NCBI RefSeq assembly: GCF_009914755.1
Contig: NC_060926.1
DNA: 64,000 bases
Origin: the human T2T-CHM13v2.0 reference genome, Homo sapiens
Strand: one strand, 5' to 3'
The position numbers and the translations under genes were made by a program. The notes under the pieces were generated by a model. It saw only the letters and a program-made list of their open reading frames with translations, ran no database searches and was not told the origin of the DNA. Below are positions 10,931-24,464 of the stretch, in pieces (position 1 is the first letter of the stretch; every line of letters begins with the position of its first letter).

Positions 10931-13312
10931 TTCCCATCACAGTAAGCTCTTATTAAAGAAATTGAATTTTAAAGACTCCTTATTCCGAGTTTTACATGTA
11001 AATGTATATACTCTATTAAATCTCTTATAATACTTGTGCCATTATATAAATATTCTGAGTGTATGTCAGTATAAATTCCCAATGAATAACAGCAACAATT
11101 TCAGAGTGATGTAATAACATGTACGTATGAAAGATAAAAATAAAGAATTGTATTTAAATAAGAGAGTCAGTTATATTAAGGAGTCTTTTAAAACAGCTAC
11201 TTGATTTTACAATAACATATTTATCATAGATATTATTTATGTTTTTTTCTCTTCTCACATAATTTCAGATGAGAGGCCTCACACTGAAACATTTATTTTC
11301 TAGACAAAGCCATATATTAGTTTTGACAAACCAGACTTAGACATTTTCAGAATGTTAAAGAACAAATAATAAGTAATTTTCCAGCAGGTTATTATGAAGT
11401 GTGTCTCCAAAATCTCATTTCCCTCACTTAAGATTAGTCTTCTCATGAAGCTGATACTCCTCCATAAAATATTTATTTAAAAATTCTGTTTAATTCATAT
11501 TTTGATTAATAGTCCCATAAGTGAAAAAGGAACTAGCCTTTATCTTCAAAATAAAATTATAGTACTAATATGTATACCAAATATAACTATCAACTGGTGC
11601 CATATATTAAACTTAGGAAGACTTCTAATTCTTACTCTGTTAATAAAGAGACTTCAGCAAGACCATGGAAGAGGACTTTTCACTGCTTATCCTCTTAAAA
11701 ACCATTAGCTTAAACAACTATTCATGCACAAAAATACCTTTGCAAAGAGCAAATGAAACAGGGTGAGAGATTACAGCACCCAAGTGTAGCATGGAAATAA
11801 GAAAAGACTCATTGGAGAAGTTAGAAAGTATAGTTTTACATCACCCACCTCATTCCTTCTTCAACCCAGGCAGTGTAATGTGTAGAAAGATACCCTCTGC
11901 TTGGGAAAAGGAGAAAAAAGAACCACAACACAGGGCCCATTCTAGTAAAAGGAAGTTCCTCATGGCCCCAGATTCTAAGCCACTACTAGTGTACTGAGCA
12001 TGCAAGCCTGTCCCGGTGCCGTGCCAATGCCAGTGAACCCAGGGTACCGTCCAGCCCCAGCACTTATGCCTTATCCCCATCCCTAATGCCAGGCAAGCCC
12101 TGCAGATTCAGTTTCCAGGTACACCCAGGGTCCAGGCCAGCCTTGGCAGCCTAAGGCTCCAGACTGTCCAAAACACTGGGATTTTTTTTCTTTTTTTGAG
12201 ATAAACATAAAAGGACACACAACATACCACAATTTATGGGATGCAGCAAAAGCAATTCTTAGATGAAAGTTTATAGCAGTAAGTGCCCACATCAAAAAAG
12301 AAGACACCTAATGTTATATCTCAAGAAACTAGAAAAAGTATAAACTAGGCCCAAATTTATTAAAAGGAAGAAAGTAGTAAAGATTCGAAAAAAATAAATA
12401 ATACAGAGGCTAGAAAAAAATAGAAAAGATCAGCAATATTGAGGGTTTTTTTGAAAATTGACAAACCTTTAGCTAGACTAAGTAAAAAAATGGGAGAAGA
12501 TGCAAATAAATAAAATCAGAAATAAAAGAAGAAATATAACAACTGATACCACATAAATACACAGGATTATGAGAGTACTATTAATAATCATACGCCAACA
12601 AATTGACAATTAAGAAGAAATCGATACATTCTTGGACACATAAAACCTACCAATATTTAGTTACAAAGAAACAGAAAATATGAATGGACCAATAAGGACA
12701 GTAAGGGTACTTAATCAGTAACAACAAACAAAAACTCCCATGAATAAAAAAAGAAAGAAAGAAAGTACAGGACCCAATGACTTCATTACTAAATTCTACC
12801 AAACATGTAAACATTCTTTCTGAACTCATAACAATTAAGGGGGAAATACTTTCAAAGTCATTTTACAAAATCAGTATTACCCTGATACCAATGACAAGGA
12901 AAACAAACCAAAAAAAACAAAATAATAGACACTATTCCTGATGAATATAGATGCAAAAATCTCCAACAAAATACTAGCCAAAAAAATTTAACAGCACAGT
13001 AAATGGAATATACACCATGATCAAGTAGAATCTATCCTTGGGATGCTAGGATGGTTCAACATACACAAATGCTCTACACTAAATTAACAAAATGAAGAAC
13101 AAAAATCATCTGATTATCTCAATAAATGAAAAAAAGATTCGACAAAATTCAACATTCTTTCATATGCCAAATATGATAAAGACTCTCAACAAATTATGCA
13201 TAGGGAGAATGTATCTCACAAAAATAAAGGCCATATTGGGTACCCGAAAACAATGAATGTCAAATAACAGCCACATATGACAAACCACACTAAAGATCAC
13301 AGTCAACAGTGA

Positions 13313-13702
<390 letters not shown>

Positions 13703-15369
13703 AGTACTGGACATTCTTGCCAAAGATATTAGGCAAGAGAAAGAAAGAAAGAAAAGGCACACATTTCAGAAAGGAAGAAGTTAAATTGTCCCTATTTGCA
13801 GACAGAAGCTTATGTAGAGAAAATTCTAAAGACTTCAGCCAAAAACTATTAGAATTAGTAAATACATTCAATTAACTTGCAGGATACAAAATCAACATAC
13901 AAAAAAATCAGCAGCATTTCTATATATTAACAGTGAACTATCTTGGTGAGAAATCAAGAAAACAATTCCATTTACAATATCTACTAAATAAATAAATTAA
14001 ATACTTTGGAATAAACTTAACCAAGGAGGTAAAAGACCTATAACACTGAAAACTACATAACATTGATGATAGAAATTGAATAAGACACAAAAATGGAAAT
14101 ATATCTCATGTTCATAAATTAGAATTAATATTGTTAAAATGTTCAAATTCCCCAGAGTGAACCAAAGATGTAATGCAACACCTATCACATTTGTAATACA
14201 ATTTTTCACGGACAGATGAAAAAATTCTTAAAACTGTCAGGAACCACAAAATATCCTGAATAGCCAAAAAATCTTAGCAAATAGATCAAAAGACTTCAAA
14301 ATATACTGCAAAGTTTTGGTAATCAAAACAGCATGGTACTGGTATAAAAACAAACAGATCATTCAATGGAAAAGAATAGAGAGCCCAGAAATAAATCCAC
14401 ATTTTTAAGGTCAACTGATTTTTGACAAAGGTGCCAAGAACCCATGATGGGGAAAAGACAATCTCGTCAATAAATGTTGTCAGGAAAATGAATATCCACA
14501 TGCATCCCTTACATCACACCACACACAAAACCAACTCAAAATGAATTAAAGACTTAAACCTAAGACCTGAAACTATAAAACTGCTAGAAGAAAACATAGT
14601 TGAAAAGCTTCAAGACAATGATTTGTTGGCTCTGACTCCAAATGCACAGCCAACAAAAACCAAAATAAGCACATCATTTTGCATCAAACTGAAAAACGTT
14701 TTCTAAGCCAAGGAAACAATCAACAGAGTAAAGATAACCCTATTGAATGGGAGAAAATATTTCTAATCCATACATTTGGTAAGAGGTCAATATTTAAAAT
14801 ACATAAGGAATTGAAACAACTGGATAGGAAGATACACATAAACTTAAAGATACACATAAAATTAAAAAATGGGCAAAGGATCTGAATAGACATTTCTTAA
14901 AATAAGACATACAAATTGCCAGCAGGTATTTGAAAAAAAGTTCAACTTCCTTATCATCCTGGAATTGCCAATTAAAACCACAATGAGATATCCTCTCAAG
15001 TATGTTAGAATGGCTATTATCAAAAAGAGGAAAGATAAAAACTGTTAGGAAGAAAGTGGAGAAAAGTGAACCCATGCAAACGGCTGGTTGGAATGTAAAT
15101 TAATACAGCCATTAAGGTAAACAATATGGAGGTTCTTAAAAAAATTAGAACTACCATATGGTCCAGGAATCCCATTACTGAGTATACGTCCAAAGAAAAT
15201 GAAATCAGTATGTCAAAGAGATATCTGCCTTCCCATGTTCATTGCATAATTATTCACAATAACCAAGACAGAGAATCAACCTAAGTTTTCAACAATAGAA
15301 AAATGGACTGAAGAATGTGGTATATATACACAGAAGAATTCTATTCAGCCTTAAAGAAAGAAGGAAATC

Positions 15370-17088
15370 CTCTCTTATTTCCTTAGCAGTGGTTTGTAGT
15401 TCACCCAAACAAATGGAAAATCCATGATCATGGTTAGGAAGACTCAATGTTGTGAAAATGGCCATAATGTCCAAAGTAATTTATAGATTCAATACTATTC
15501 CCGTCAACCTACTACTGACGTTCTTTTCATAATTAGAAAATACTACTTTAAATTTCATATGGAACCAAAAAAGAGCCCATATAGCCAAGACAATACTAAG
15601 CAAAAAGAAAAAAGCTGGAGGCAACACGCTGCCTGACTTCAAACTATAATACAAAGCTATAGTAACCAAAATAGCATGGTACTGGTACCAAAACAGATAC
15701 ATGGACTGATGGAACAGAACAGAGACCTCAGAAATAACACTACACAGCTACAACAATCTGATTTTCAACAAACCTGACAAAAACAAGCAATAGGGAAAGC
15801 ATTCCCTATTTAATAAATGGTGGTGGGAAAACTGGATAGCCATATGCAGAAAACAGAAACTGGACCCCTTCTTTACACCTTATACAAACATTAACTCAAG
15901 ATGGATTAAAGACTTAAATGTAAAACCTAAAACCATAAAAACACTAGAAAAAAAAACCTAAGCAATACCATTCAGGACATAGGCATGAGAAAAGACTTCA
16001 AGACTAAAACACCAAAAGTAATTTCAACAGAAGCCAAAACTGACAAATGGGGTCTAATTAACCTAAAGAGCTTCTGCACAGCAAAAGAAACTAGCATCAG
16101 AGTGAACAGGCAATCTACAGAATGGGAGAAAGTTTTTGCAATCTACCCATCTGACAAAGGTGTAATATCCTGAATCTACCAAGAACTTAAACAAATTTAC
16201 AAGAAAAAAACAAACAACACCATCAAAAAGTGGGCAAAGAATATGAACAGACACTTCTCAAAAGAAGACATTTGTGCAGCCAACAAGCATATGAAAAAAA
16301 GCTCATCACCACTGGTCATTAGGGAAATGTAAATCAAAACCACAGTGAGATACCATCTCACACCAATCATAATGGTGATTATTATAAAGTGAAAAAACAA
16401 CAGATGCTGGCGAGGCTGTGGAGAAATAGGAATGCTTTTACACTGTTGATGGGAGTGTAAATTAGTTCAACTACTGTGGAAGACAGTGTAGCAATTCCTC
16501 AAGGATCTAGAACCAGAAATACCATTTGACCCAGCAACCCCATTGCTGGTTATATACCCAAAGAATTATAAATCATTCTACTATAAAGACACATGCACAT
16601 GTATGTTCATTGCGGTACTATTTACAATAGCAAAGACTTGGAACCAACTCAAATGCCCATCAATGATAGACTGGATAAAGAAAATGTGGCACATATACAC
16701 CATGGAGTACTATGCAGACATAGAAACGCATGAGTTCATGTCCTTTGAGGGGACATGGATGAAGTTGGAAGCCATCATTCTCAGCAAACCAATACAGGAA
16801 CAGAAAACCAAACACCGCATGTTCTCACTCATAAGTGGGAGTTGAACAATGAGAACACATGGACACAGGGAGGGAAACATCACACACCAGGGCCTGTTGG
16901 GAGGTGGGGAGCAAGGGGAAGGAGAGCGTTAGAACAAATACCTAATGCATGCAGGGCTTAAAACCTAGATAATGGTTGATAGGTGCAGCAAACCACCATT
17001 GCACATGTATACCTACATAACAAACCTGCACGTTCTGCACATGTATCCCAGAACTTAAATAAAAATAAAATAAAATAAAATAACAAAG
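15370..17088 (+). mobile_element. 5'-truncated L1PA (PA7/PA8-like) with a 33-bp 5' inversion
   Basis: ORF2 3' part, L1PA 3'UTR and A-tail. 18-bp TSD taaagaaagaaggaaatc at 15352-15369 and 17089-17106. Confidence 0.93.
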
Positions 17089-18109
17089 TAAAGAAAGAAG
17101 GAAATCATGTCATTTGGGACAATGTGGATGAACCTGGGTACTTTATGCTAAGTAAAATAAGCCAGCCACAGAAAAAAAGTAATATCACATGATCTCGCTT
17201 ACATGAAGAATCTAAAAATGTTGTACTCATACCTGCAGAGAATAAAATGGTGACCACGAGAGGCTGTTGGGGGTAGTGGGGAGAGATTTTGGTTAAGGTA
17301 TACATGATTTCACTTAAATAAGAGGAATAATTTCAAAAAAATCTATGGGACACCATGATAACTACAGTTAACAACAATGTATTGTATTCTTGAAAATTGA
17401 GAAGAGAGTAGATTTTTGTTTTCATTATCAAAAATAAATATGTTAGGTAATTAGGTAATACATATGTTAATTAGCTCAATATAACCATTATATATGCATA
17501 TTTCAAACATCTTGTTGTACATAATATAAACAATTTTTATTTGTCAATTAAAATAATTAAAAATAGAAAAATAAGATGTAATTAAAACTTTTAAAATTTA
17601 ATCTTAAAATTAAAATCACTTTAAATTTTTGTTTGTTAATTTTCCTTACCTTCTGTGAGTTTACCAGTAGTACAAAGTTCTATGAAATAACTCTATATCT
17701 TAAATCCATTTCCAAATAATTTATTTTTAATAAAAATGTGAATTGCTATCATTTAAGTATGACTTAAATTTAAGCTAACTCAGATCATGGGCAATACATT
17801 TAAAAGTAGCAGTATTTGTTAATTTACACTTATATGTTTGACACAGAGTGCTTAAAGTATATAGTTATTTTCTTCTAGTTCTTGAATTTTGCTCATTCAT
17901 GAAAGCAACCTAACATTGATTTGTGCTACATTTTTCAATGTACTAGAAATAGACTCTTTCATTTCCATGATGGAAACTTACCTTCAATAGTAATTTATGA
18001 GCTGCAAATGGGAAACAATGTTGATCTAGATGTTCTCTTGACTTCTTGAAAGGGTAAATATACTATATACATGTCTCTAAGTGGTATGCCATTATGACTA
18101 CCTTTAAGA

Positions 18110-18298
18110 GCTCTGTATTCAATTGGCTAGCTGGTTGTGCTATTCACTAGCTGGGTGATGTTATGCAAGTAGATGAACTTCTCAATATACAATTGGCATA
18201 ATAATAGTGTCTATTTCATCGAGTCTTTTGAGTATTAATGTGTGTTAATACATGTAAAGAGTGTAGAATTGTGCATGACATATAAGTGTTCATTATTA
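18110..18298 (+). mobile_element. MIR SINE fragment
   Basis: MIR-core-like motifs cactagctgggtgat..., ataataatagtgtctatttcat... and taatacatgtaaagagtgtagaa. Confidence 0.6.
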
Positions 18299-18653
18299 TC
18301 AAGTCTAAAATTCTAAATAAATAAAAACTACAAGTTATGGCCATATTCATACGTCTATAATTTCTCATTTACCCTACTTCAAAGAGAAATTTTAAATCAA
18401 TTCAATTAATTAAAATTTTCTATGAATCTGTTTATTTCATCTTAGTTATCTAATTTATTGGCACATGATTATTCATAGTATTTATTTATGATCTTTCAAA
18501 AATTTCTGTAATATCAGACTAATGTCCCTTATTTATGTTCCGACTTTATTAATTTGAGTCTTCTCTTTTTTGACTTGGTAAATCTAACTAAAGGTTTGTA
18601 ATTTTTGAAAATTTTTCCTAAGAATCAGCTGTCAATTTTATTAAAAGACAAAT

Positions 18654-18759
18654 GCAGCAAACCTACATGGCACAGGTATACCTATGTAACAAACCTGCAC
18701 GTTGTGCACATGTATCCTAGAACTTAAAGTATAATTAAAAAATAAATAAATTTTAAAAG
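18654..18759 (+). mobile_element. Very short (~100 bp) L1PA 3'-end insertion
   Basis: ...tatacctatgtaacaaacctgcacgttgtgcacatgtatcctagaacttaaagtataa plus an A-tail, flanked by agacaaat at 18646-18653 and 18760-18767. Confidence 0.85.
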
Positions 18760-19534
18760 AGACAAATATATAATGACATGTGCCCACCATTAGAGTATTA
18801 TACCAGAGTACTGCACTGCCCTAAACATACTCAGTGCTGATTCCTCCCTCCTTTCAAACCCTAGGCAACCACTGATCATTTTGCTCTCTATAGTTTCACT
18901 TTTTCCAGAATGTCATGTCATGGGAACTACAAATAAACAGCCTTTTCACATTTGGCTTCTTTCACTTAAAAACATGAATTTAAGGTCCTTCCATGTCTTT
19001 CATGGCTTGATGGTATACTTCTTTTTATTGCTAAATAATATTTCATTGTCTGGATGCATTACAGTTTATTCATTTACCTACCAAAAGGCCAACTTGTTTG
19101 CTGTCAAGTTTTGACAATTACGAATAAAGTTGCTATAAATATCTGCATGCAGGCCTTTGCACTGACATAAGTTTTCGTATCATTTGAGAAAATATTAAGA
19201 GGTATGACTGTTGAATCATATAGTAAGAATCTGTTTAGTTTGGGAAGAAACTGCCACATTATCTTCTAAAGTGGCTTTACTAGTTTGCATTTCTACAAGC
19301 GATGAAGGAGAGTTGCTGTTTCTCCATACACTTACAAGCATTTGGTGGTGTTAGTCTTTGGATTTGGTGGTGTTAGTGTTTGGATTTAAGCCATTCTAGT
19401 AGATGTGCAGTCGTATCTCATTGTTGGTTTAATTTGCATTTCTCTAATGATGTGATATTTAGTATATTTTCGTGTGTTCATTTGCCATCAGCATATCATC
19501 TTTGGTGAGGTATTTCTTTAGGCCTTTGGCCCAT

Positions 19535-19610
19535 TTTTAAAATTTCAATGGCTTTAGGGGTACAGGTGGTTATTGGTTACATGGACAAATCGTATAGTGG
19601 TGAAGTCTGA
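19535..19610 (-). mobile_element. Short L1PB 3'-end fragment inside the L1MC
   Basis: tttcaatggctttaggggtacaggtggttattggttacatggac...atagtggtgaagtctga matches the reverse complement of the L1PB terminus. Confidence 0.65.
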
Positions 19611-20973
19611 TCTGCTTCAATTTTTAATTAGGTCTTCCATTTTATTATTATTAAATTTTAAGAATTTTTTGTACATTTTGGGTAAAAGTTCTTCAATTTT
19701 TAATTAGGTCTTCCATTTTATTATTATTAAATTTTAAGAATTTTTTGTACATTTTGGGTAAAAGTTCTTCATCAGAAATGTCTTTCAAAAGTATATTTTC
19801 CCATTCTGTGGTTTGTCTTCTTATTCTTTTGCCAGTATTTTGTAGGGCATAAGTTTTTAATTTTAATAAAACTAAATATATCAATTATTTATTTCATGAA
19901 TTGTGTCTTTGATGTTTCATCCTAAATGTCATCACTATAACCAAGGTTATCTAGGTTTTCTCCTATGTTATCTTCTATAAATTTCATATGTTTGGTTTTA
20001 TGTATAGGGATATGATCCACTTTGAGTTAATTTTTGTAAAGGATATATGAGCTATGTCTACATCCATGATTTTGTATGTGGTTGTCCAGTTGTGCCAGTA
20101 CCATTTGTTAAAAAGATTATCATTGCTCCAATGTATTGACTTTACTCTTTTATCAAAGCTAGCTTGATTATATTTATGTGAGTCTATTTCTGGGCTCTGT
20201 ATTCTGTTCTACTGATCTGTCTGTTTTTTCAACAACACCACATTCCCTTTATTACCATAGAATATAGTAAGTCTTGAAGTTGGATAGCATCAGCCTTCTA
20301 ACTTTGTTCTCCTTTAATATTTTGTTTGCTATTCTGGGTCTTCAGCTTCTCCATATGAACTTTAGAATAATTTTGGTGATATTTACAGAATAGCTTGCTG
20401 AGATTTTAATCAGGATTTTATAAAGTCTATGGATCATTTTGGGAAGAACTGATGTATTGACAATAACCAGTCTTTCTATCAATGAGCATTAAATAGCTCT
20501 CTGTTTATTTAGTTCTTATTTGATTCATCAGTGTTTTGTGTTTTTCCTCATATAGATCTTGTACATATTTTGTTAGAGGTGTATTTAATTATTCATTCTT
20601 TGTTGTTATGTAAATGGTATTCTTTTTAAATTTCAAATTACAATTGTTCATTACTGATATATAGGGAAGTAATGGATTTATGTATATTAACCTTCTGTCC
20701 TTCAACCTTGCTATAATAACTTAATAGTCCCAGGAGATTTTTAGTGTTGTTGTTGAGTCTTTATGGTTTTCTGCATAGACAACCATGTCATCTGCAAATA
20801 ACAACAGTTTTATTTCTTCCTCTTCATTTTGTATACATTTTATTTCATTTTATTATCTTACTGCATTATCTAGAACTTTCACTAAAATGTTGACAAGGAG
20901 TGGTAAGCGGGAACATCCTTGCCCTTTTCCTGATCTTAGCAGGAAAACTTCTAGTTTCTCAAGACTGATGTCC

Positions 20974-21285
20974 ACTAGGTGTGGTGGCTCATGTCTGTAA
21001 TCTCAGAATTTGAGAGACCAAGGTGGGAGGATTGCTCGAAGTCAGGAGTTTGAGACCAGCCTGGGCATCACAGGGAGACTCTGCCTGTACAACAACAAAA
21101 TAAAAATAAAAGAGGTAGCTGAGCATAGTGGTGCATGCCTGTAGTCCTAGCTACTCAAGAGTCTGAGTTGGGAGGATTGCTTGAGCTCAGGAGTTCAAGG
21201 TTACAGTGAACTATCATCATGCCACTGAACTGCAGCCTGCATGACAGAACAAGACCCATCTCTAAAAATAAAAAAAATTAATGAA
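20974..21285 (+). mobile_element. AluJ
   Basis: Diverged dimer with J-type motifs (ggaggattgcttgagctcaggagttcaaggttacagtga), an A-tail and a degenerate TSD aagactgat/aagattgat. Confidence 0.9.
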
Positions 21286-24119
21286 AAGATTGATATTAGT
21301 TGTAGATTTTTACAGAGGTTATTTATCATTAAGGATGTTTCTTTCTATTCCTAGTTTGCTAAGAGTTTTTATTTTGAATGAGTATTTAATATTGTCTAAT
21401 GCCTTTTCTGCACCTATTGATAAGGTTATGTGATATTATCTAGCCTTTTGATGTGATGAATTACATTAATTGTTTTTCAAATGTTGGACCATCCTTGCTT
21501 ACCTGGAATAAATACCATTTGGTCATAGTGTACAGTTTTTTAACTGTTGCTGTATTTGATTTGCCAATCTTGTGTTGAGGATTTATACATCTGTGTTCAT
21601 GAGAGATGCTGGTCTTTAGTTATTTTTTCTAGTCACTTCCTAGTCATTTCATTAGGTTTTATTATCAGGGTAAGTATGGCCTAATAGAATGAGTTAAGAA
21701 GTATTCCTTCTGCTCCTATCTTCTGAAAGGGATTATAGAGAATTGGTATAATTTCTTTCTTAAATGTTGGGTAGAATTCACCAGTAAACTCATATGGCCT
21801 TGATGCTTCCTGTTTTGGAAGGCTATTATTGATTCAATTTATTTAATACGCATAATACTATTCAGTTTGTCCGTTTCTTCTTCGGTGAGCTTTGTCAGAT
21901 TGTGCCTTTCAAGGAATTGTTTAATTTTATCCAGGTTATCAAATTCGTGGGCATAAGGTTGTTTACAATATTTCTGTATTATCTTTTAATGTGCATAGGA
22001 TTGGTAATTATATCCCCCTGTTTCATTTCTGATATTATTTATTTATATTCTCTCTTTATTTCTTTATTGGCCTGGATAAAGGCTTAATTATTTTATTGGT
22101 CTTTGCAAAGAACCAGCTCTTGGATTTGTTAATTTTTGTACAGATTTTCTGTTTTCAGTTTTATTGATTTCTGCTCTATGTTTTAATTCTTTTCCCATAT
22201 GCTTACTTAGGATTTACCTTTCTTTTTTCTAGTTTCCTAAAGAAGCTTAGATTATTAATTTTAGATGTTTTAAATATATAAATTCAATATTATAAGCTTT
22301 TCTCTAATCACTACTCTGCTGCATCACACAATTTTTAATAAGTTGTGTTTTCACTTCCATGTAGTCCCAAATGTGTTTATTTTTAAAATATTTCTACTTT
22401 GATCTATGTGTTATTTAGAAGTGTCTTGTTTAATCATCCAGCATTTTGGTATTTTTACAGCAATTTTTCTGTTATTGGTTTCTAGTTTAATTCCATTGTG
22501 GTCTGAGAGCATACATTGTAAAAAATATATTCTTTTAAATTTTTTCAGATGTGCTTAATGGCCCAGAATGTGGCCCATTTTTATGCTCATTTGAACTAGA
22601 CAGAAATGTGTATTCTGTTGTTTGGGGGGTAAAAAAGTTGATAGATACCAATTATATTCAGCTAATTAATGATGTTGAGTTCAACTCTGTCGTTGCTGAC
22701 TTCCTGACTGCTAGATTAGTTCATTTCTGATAGAAGGGTATGAACATCTCCAATTATAATACTGGATACTTTTTAATTTTTGAAGTTCTATCAGTTTTTG
22801 CTTCACATATTTGACACTCCGTTGTTACTTGCATACACATTAAGGATTGCTATGTCTTCTTGAAGAAACGATCCTTTTATCATTACATAATGACCCTTTT
22901 CATCCCTGATAACTTTCTGTCCTCCAAAGTTGGCTCTATCTGAAATTAATACAGCTACTCCCTCTTTATTTTGATTAGCTCTAGAAATGTGTATCTTTCT
23001 CTGACTCCTTACTTTTAATCTTTATATTTAAAGTGGTTTTCTTGTAGACAACATAGAGTTGGATCCTTTTAGAAAATCTACTCTAACAATCTCTGCTTAC
23101 TATTTGGTACATTAAAACCATTGATATTCAAAATGACTATTGATATAGTGGGATTAATATTATACATTTTACTATTTTCTATTCATTGTCCACATTTTAT
23201 GTTTCTATTTTTGTCTTCTACTCTTTGTTCTGCCTTTTGTGGTTTTAATTGAGCATTTTAAGTTTGGTTTTTGGTAACATTAATAGGCAATTAGTGTGGC
23301 ACATTACAAGTAATAAAATTCCTATTCTTGCACTATTCAAGTAATCATTACCAGTTCTCGAAATAAATAGCCCTTAGTTTCTATGTATTTATCCATGATG
23401 TGAGTGCATGTGTGCGTGTGCACACACGCACATACACACGACATTTATGGAAATGTTCCAAAATCATAGAATTGAAAAAAGTTACCATTCCATTCTCTGA
23501 ATCCACAGAAATTAAATATACACGCTTTCAGAATTATATTCTTTGAGGTATGAACACCCCTGGAAACTTATATTAATATTAATATCCAGGTATCAAAATA
23601 TTTGCTATCTTCAGTCACACCTGGTAGGACTATAATTACTGTCAATCATTTGGTGGGTGATATAACTTCTAGGAGATTCAGCAAAGTGATGAACCTTGAG
23701 AAAAAATATTTCAGTAGTAGCAAGGATTCCAGCAAGTGTATAAGCAGTCATCACAGTTAACACTACCATAGCTTCCATTTCATTTCAAAATGGAGTTACT
23801 TCTTTATAAAAAATAATTTTCCAAGTTTCAAATCTGAAATAATTCAACTATTGAATTCTTCATTGAAAGGCTTTCTTCTACCTTCTCCTGCATTCTAAAC
23901 ATACCATGTGTCTACCTATAGCCTAAACATGCTTCCACAATAATCATTGTGAAAATTAGCATGGACAAAGCTCTGAGATTGGGGCTAGAGTGTGCGCTGA
24001 CTTCAGTTGAGAAGGTTGCTATGAAGGAACTTACATGAAGGTTATAAAAATAGGCTGTGTAAATCAGCAATGTGAGGAAAAAAGCAGTGCCAATAACAAC
24101 GATATTAATGATAAAAGCT

Positions 24120-24310
24120 ATCATTTATGCAGTGCATTCTAAATATTTCAGAAACAATATTTAATAAAATTCAACAACACCTTTAAGTACCTATTACAAT
24201 TCTTCTTTTGTAACTGAGAAAACCAAAACTCAACAAGATGAAATCATTTGCCTAAATTCACACAGCTAATAAATTGCAGAACTTGGATTCAGATTCAGTG
24301 TATTTCTTTC
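24120..24310 (-). mobile_element. MIR SINE fragment
   Basis: ttttgtaactgagaaaaccaaaactc...tttgcctaaattcacacagctaataaattgcagaacttggattc is a reverse MIR core. Confidence 0.65.
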
Positions 24311-24464
24311 TGTAGTATGCTATCATTAAGAGCTAAGTCTTCTGATTTCTCCACTCTTTGGTTTATAATTTCTGGACTATTCTTACTAAGTTCCTGCATT
24401 TTGGAAAATATAATGTCACTCTGAGGTGAAACACTATAAAACATCTTCCTAATCATTTCCTATT

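Larger units (their letters stand above)
18760..23260 (-). mobile_element. Old L1MC-type element (3'UTR and ORF2)
   Basis: T-rich antisense L1 ORF2 sequence (catgtcatctgcaaat, ggtagaattcaccagt, ccattgtggtctgagag) with an L1MC-like 3' end at the left. Confidence 0.8.

Noticed and set aside
19340-19383. 22-bp tandem duplication (similar small ones at ~14829-14860 and ~54328-54350)
   Set aside because: Common slippage duplications inside old L1s, already diverged.
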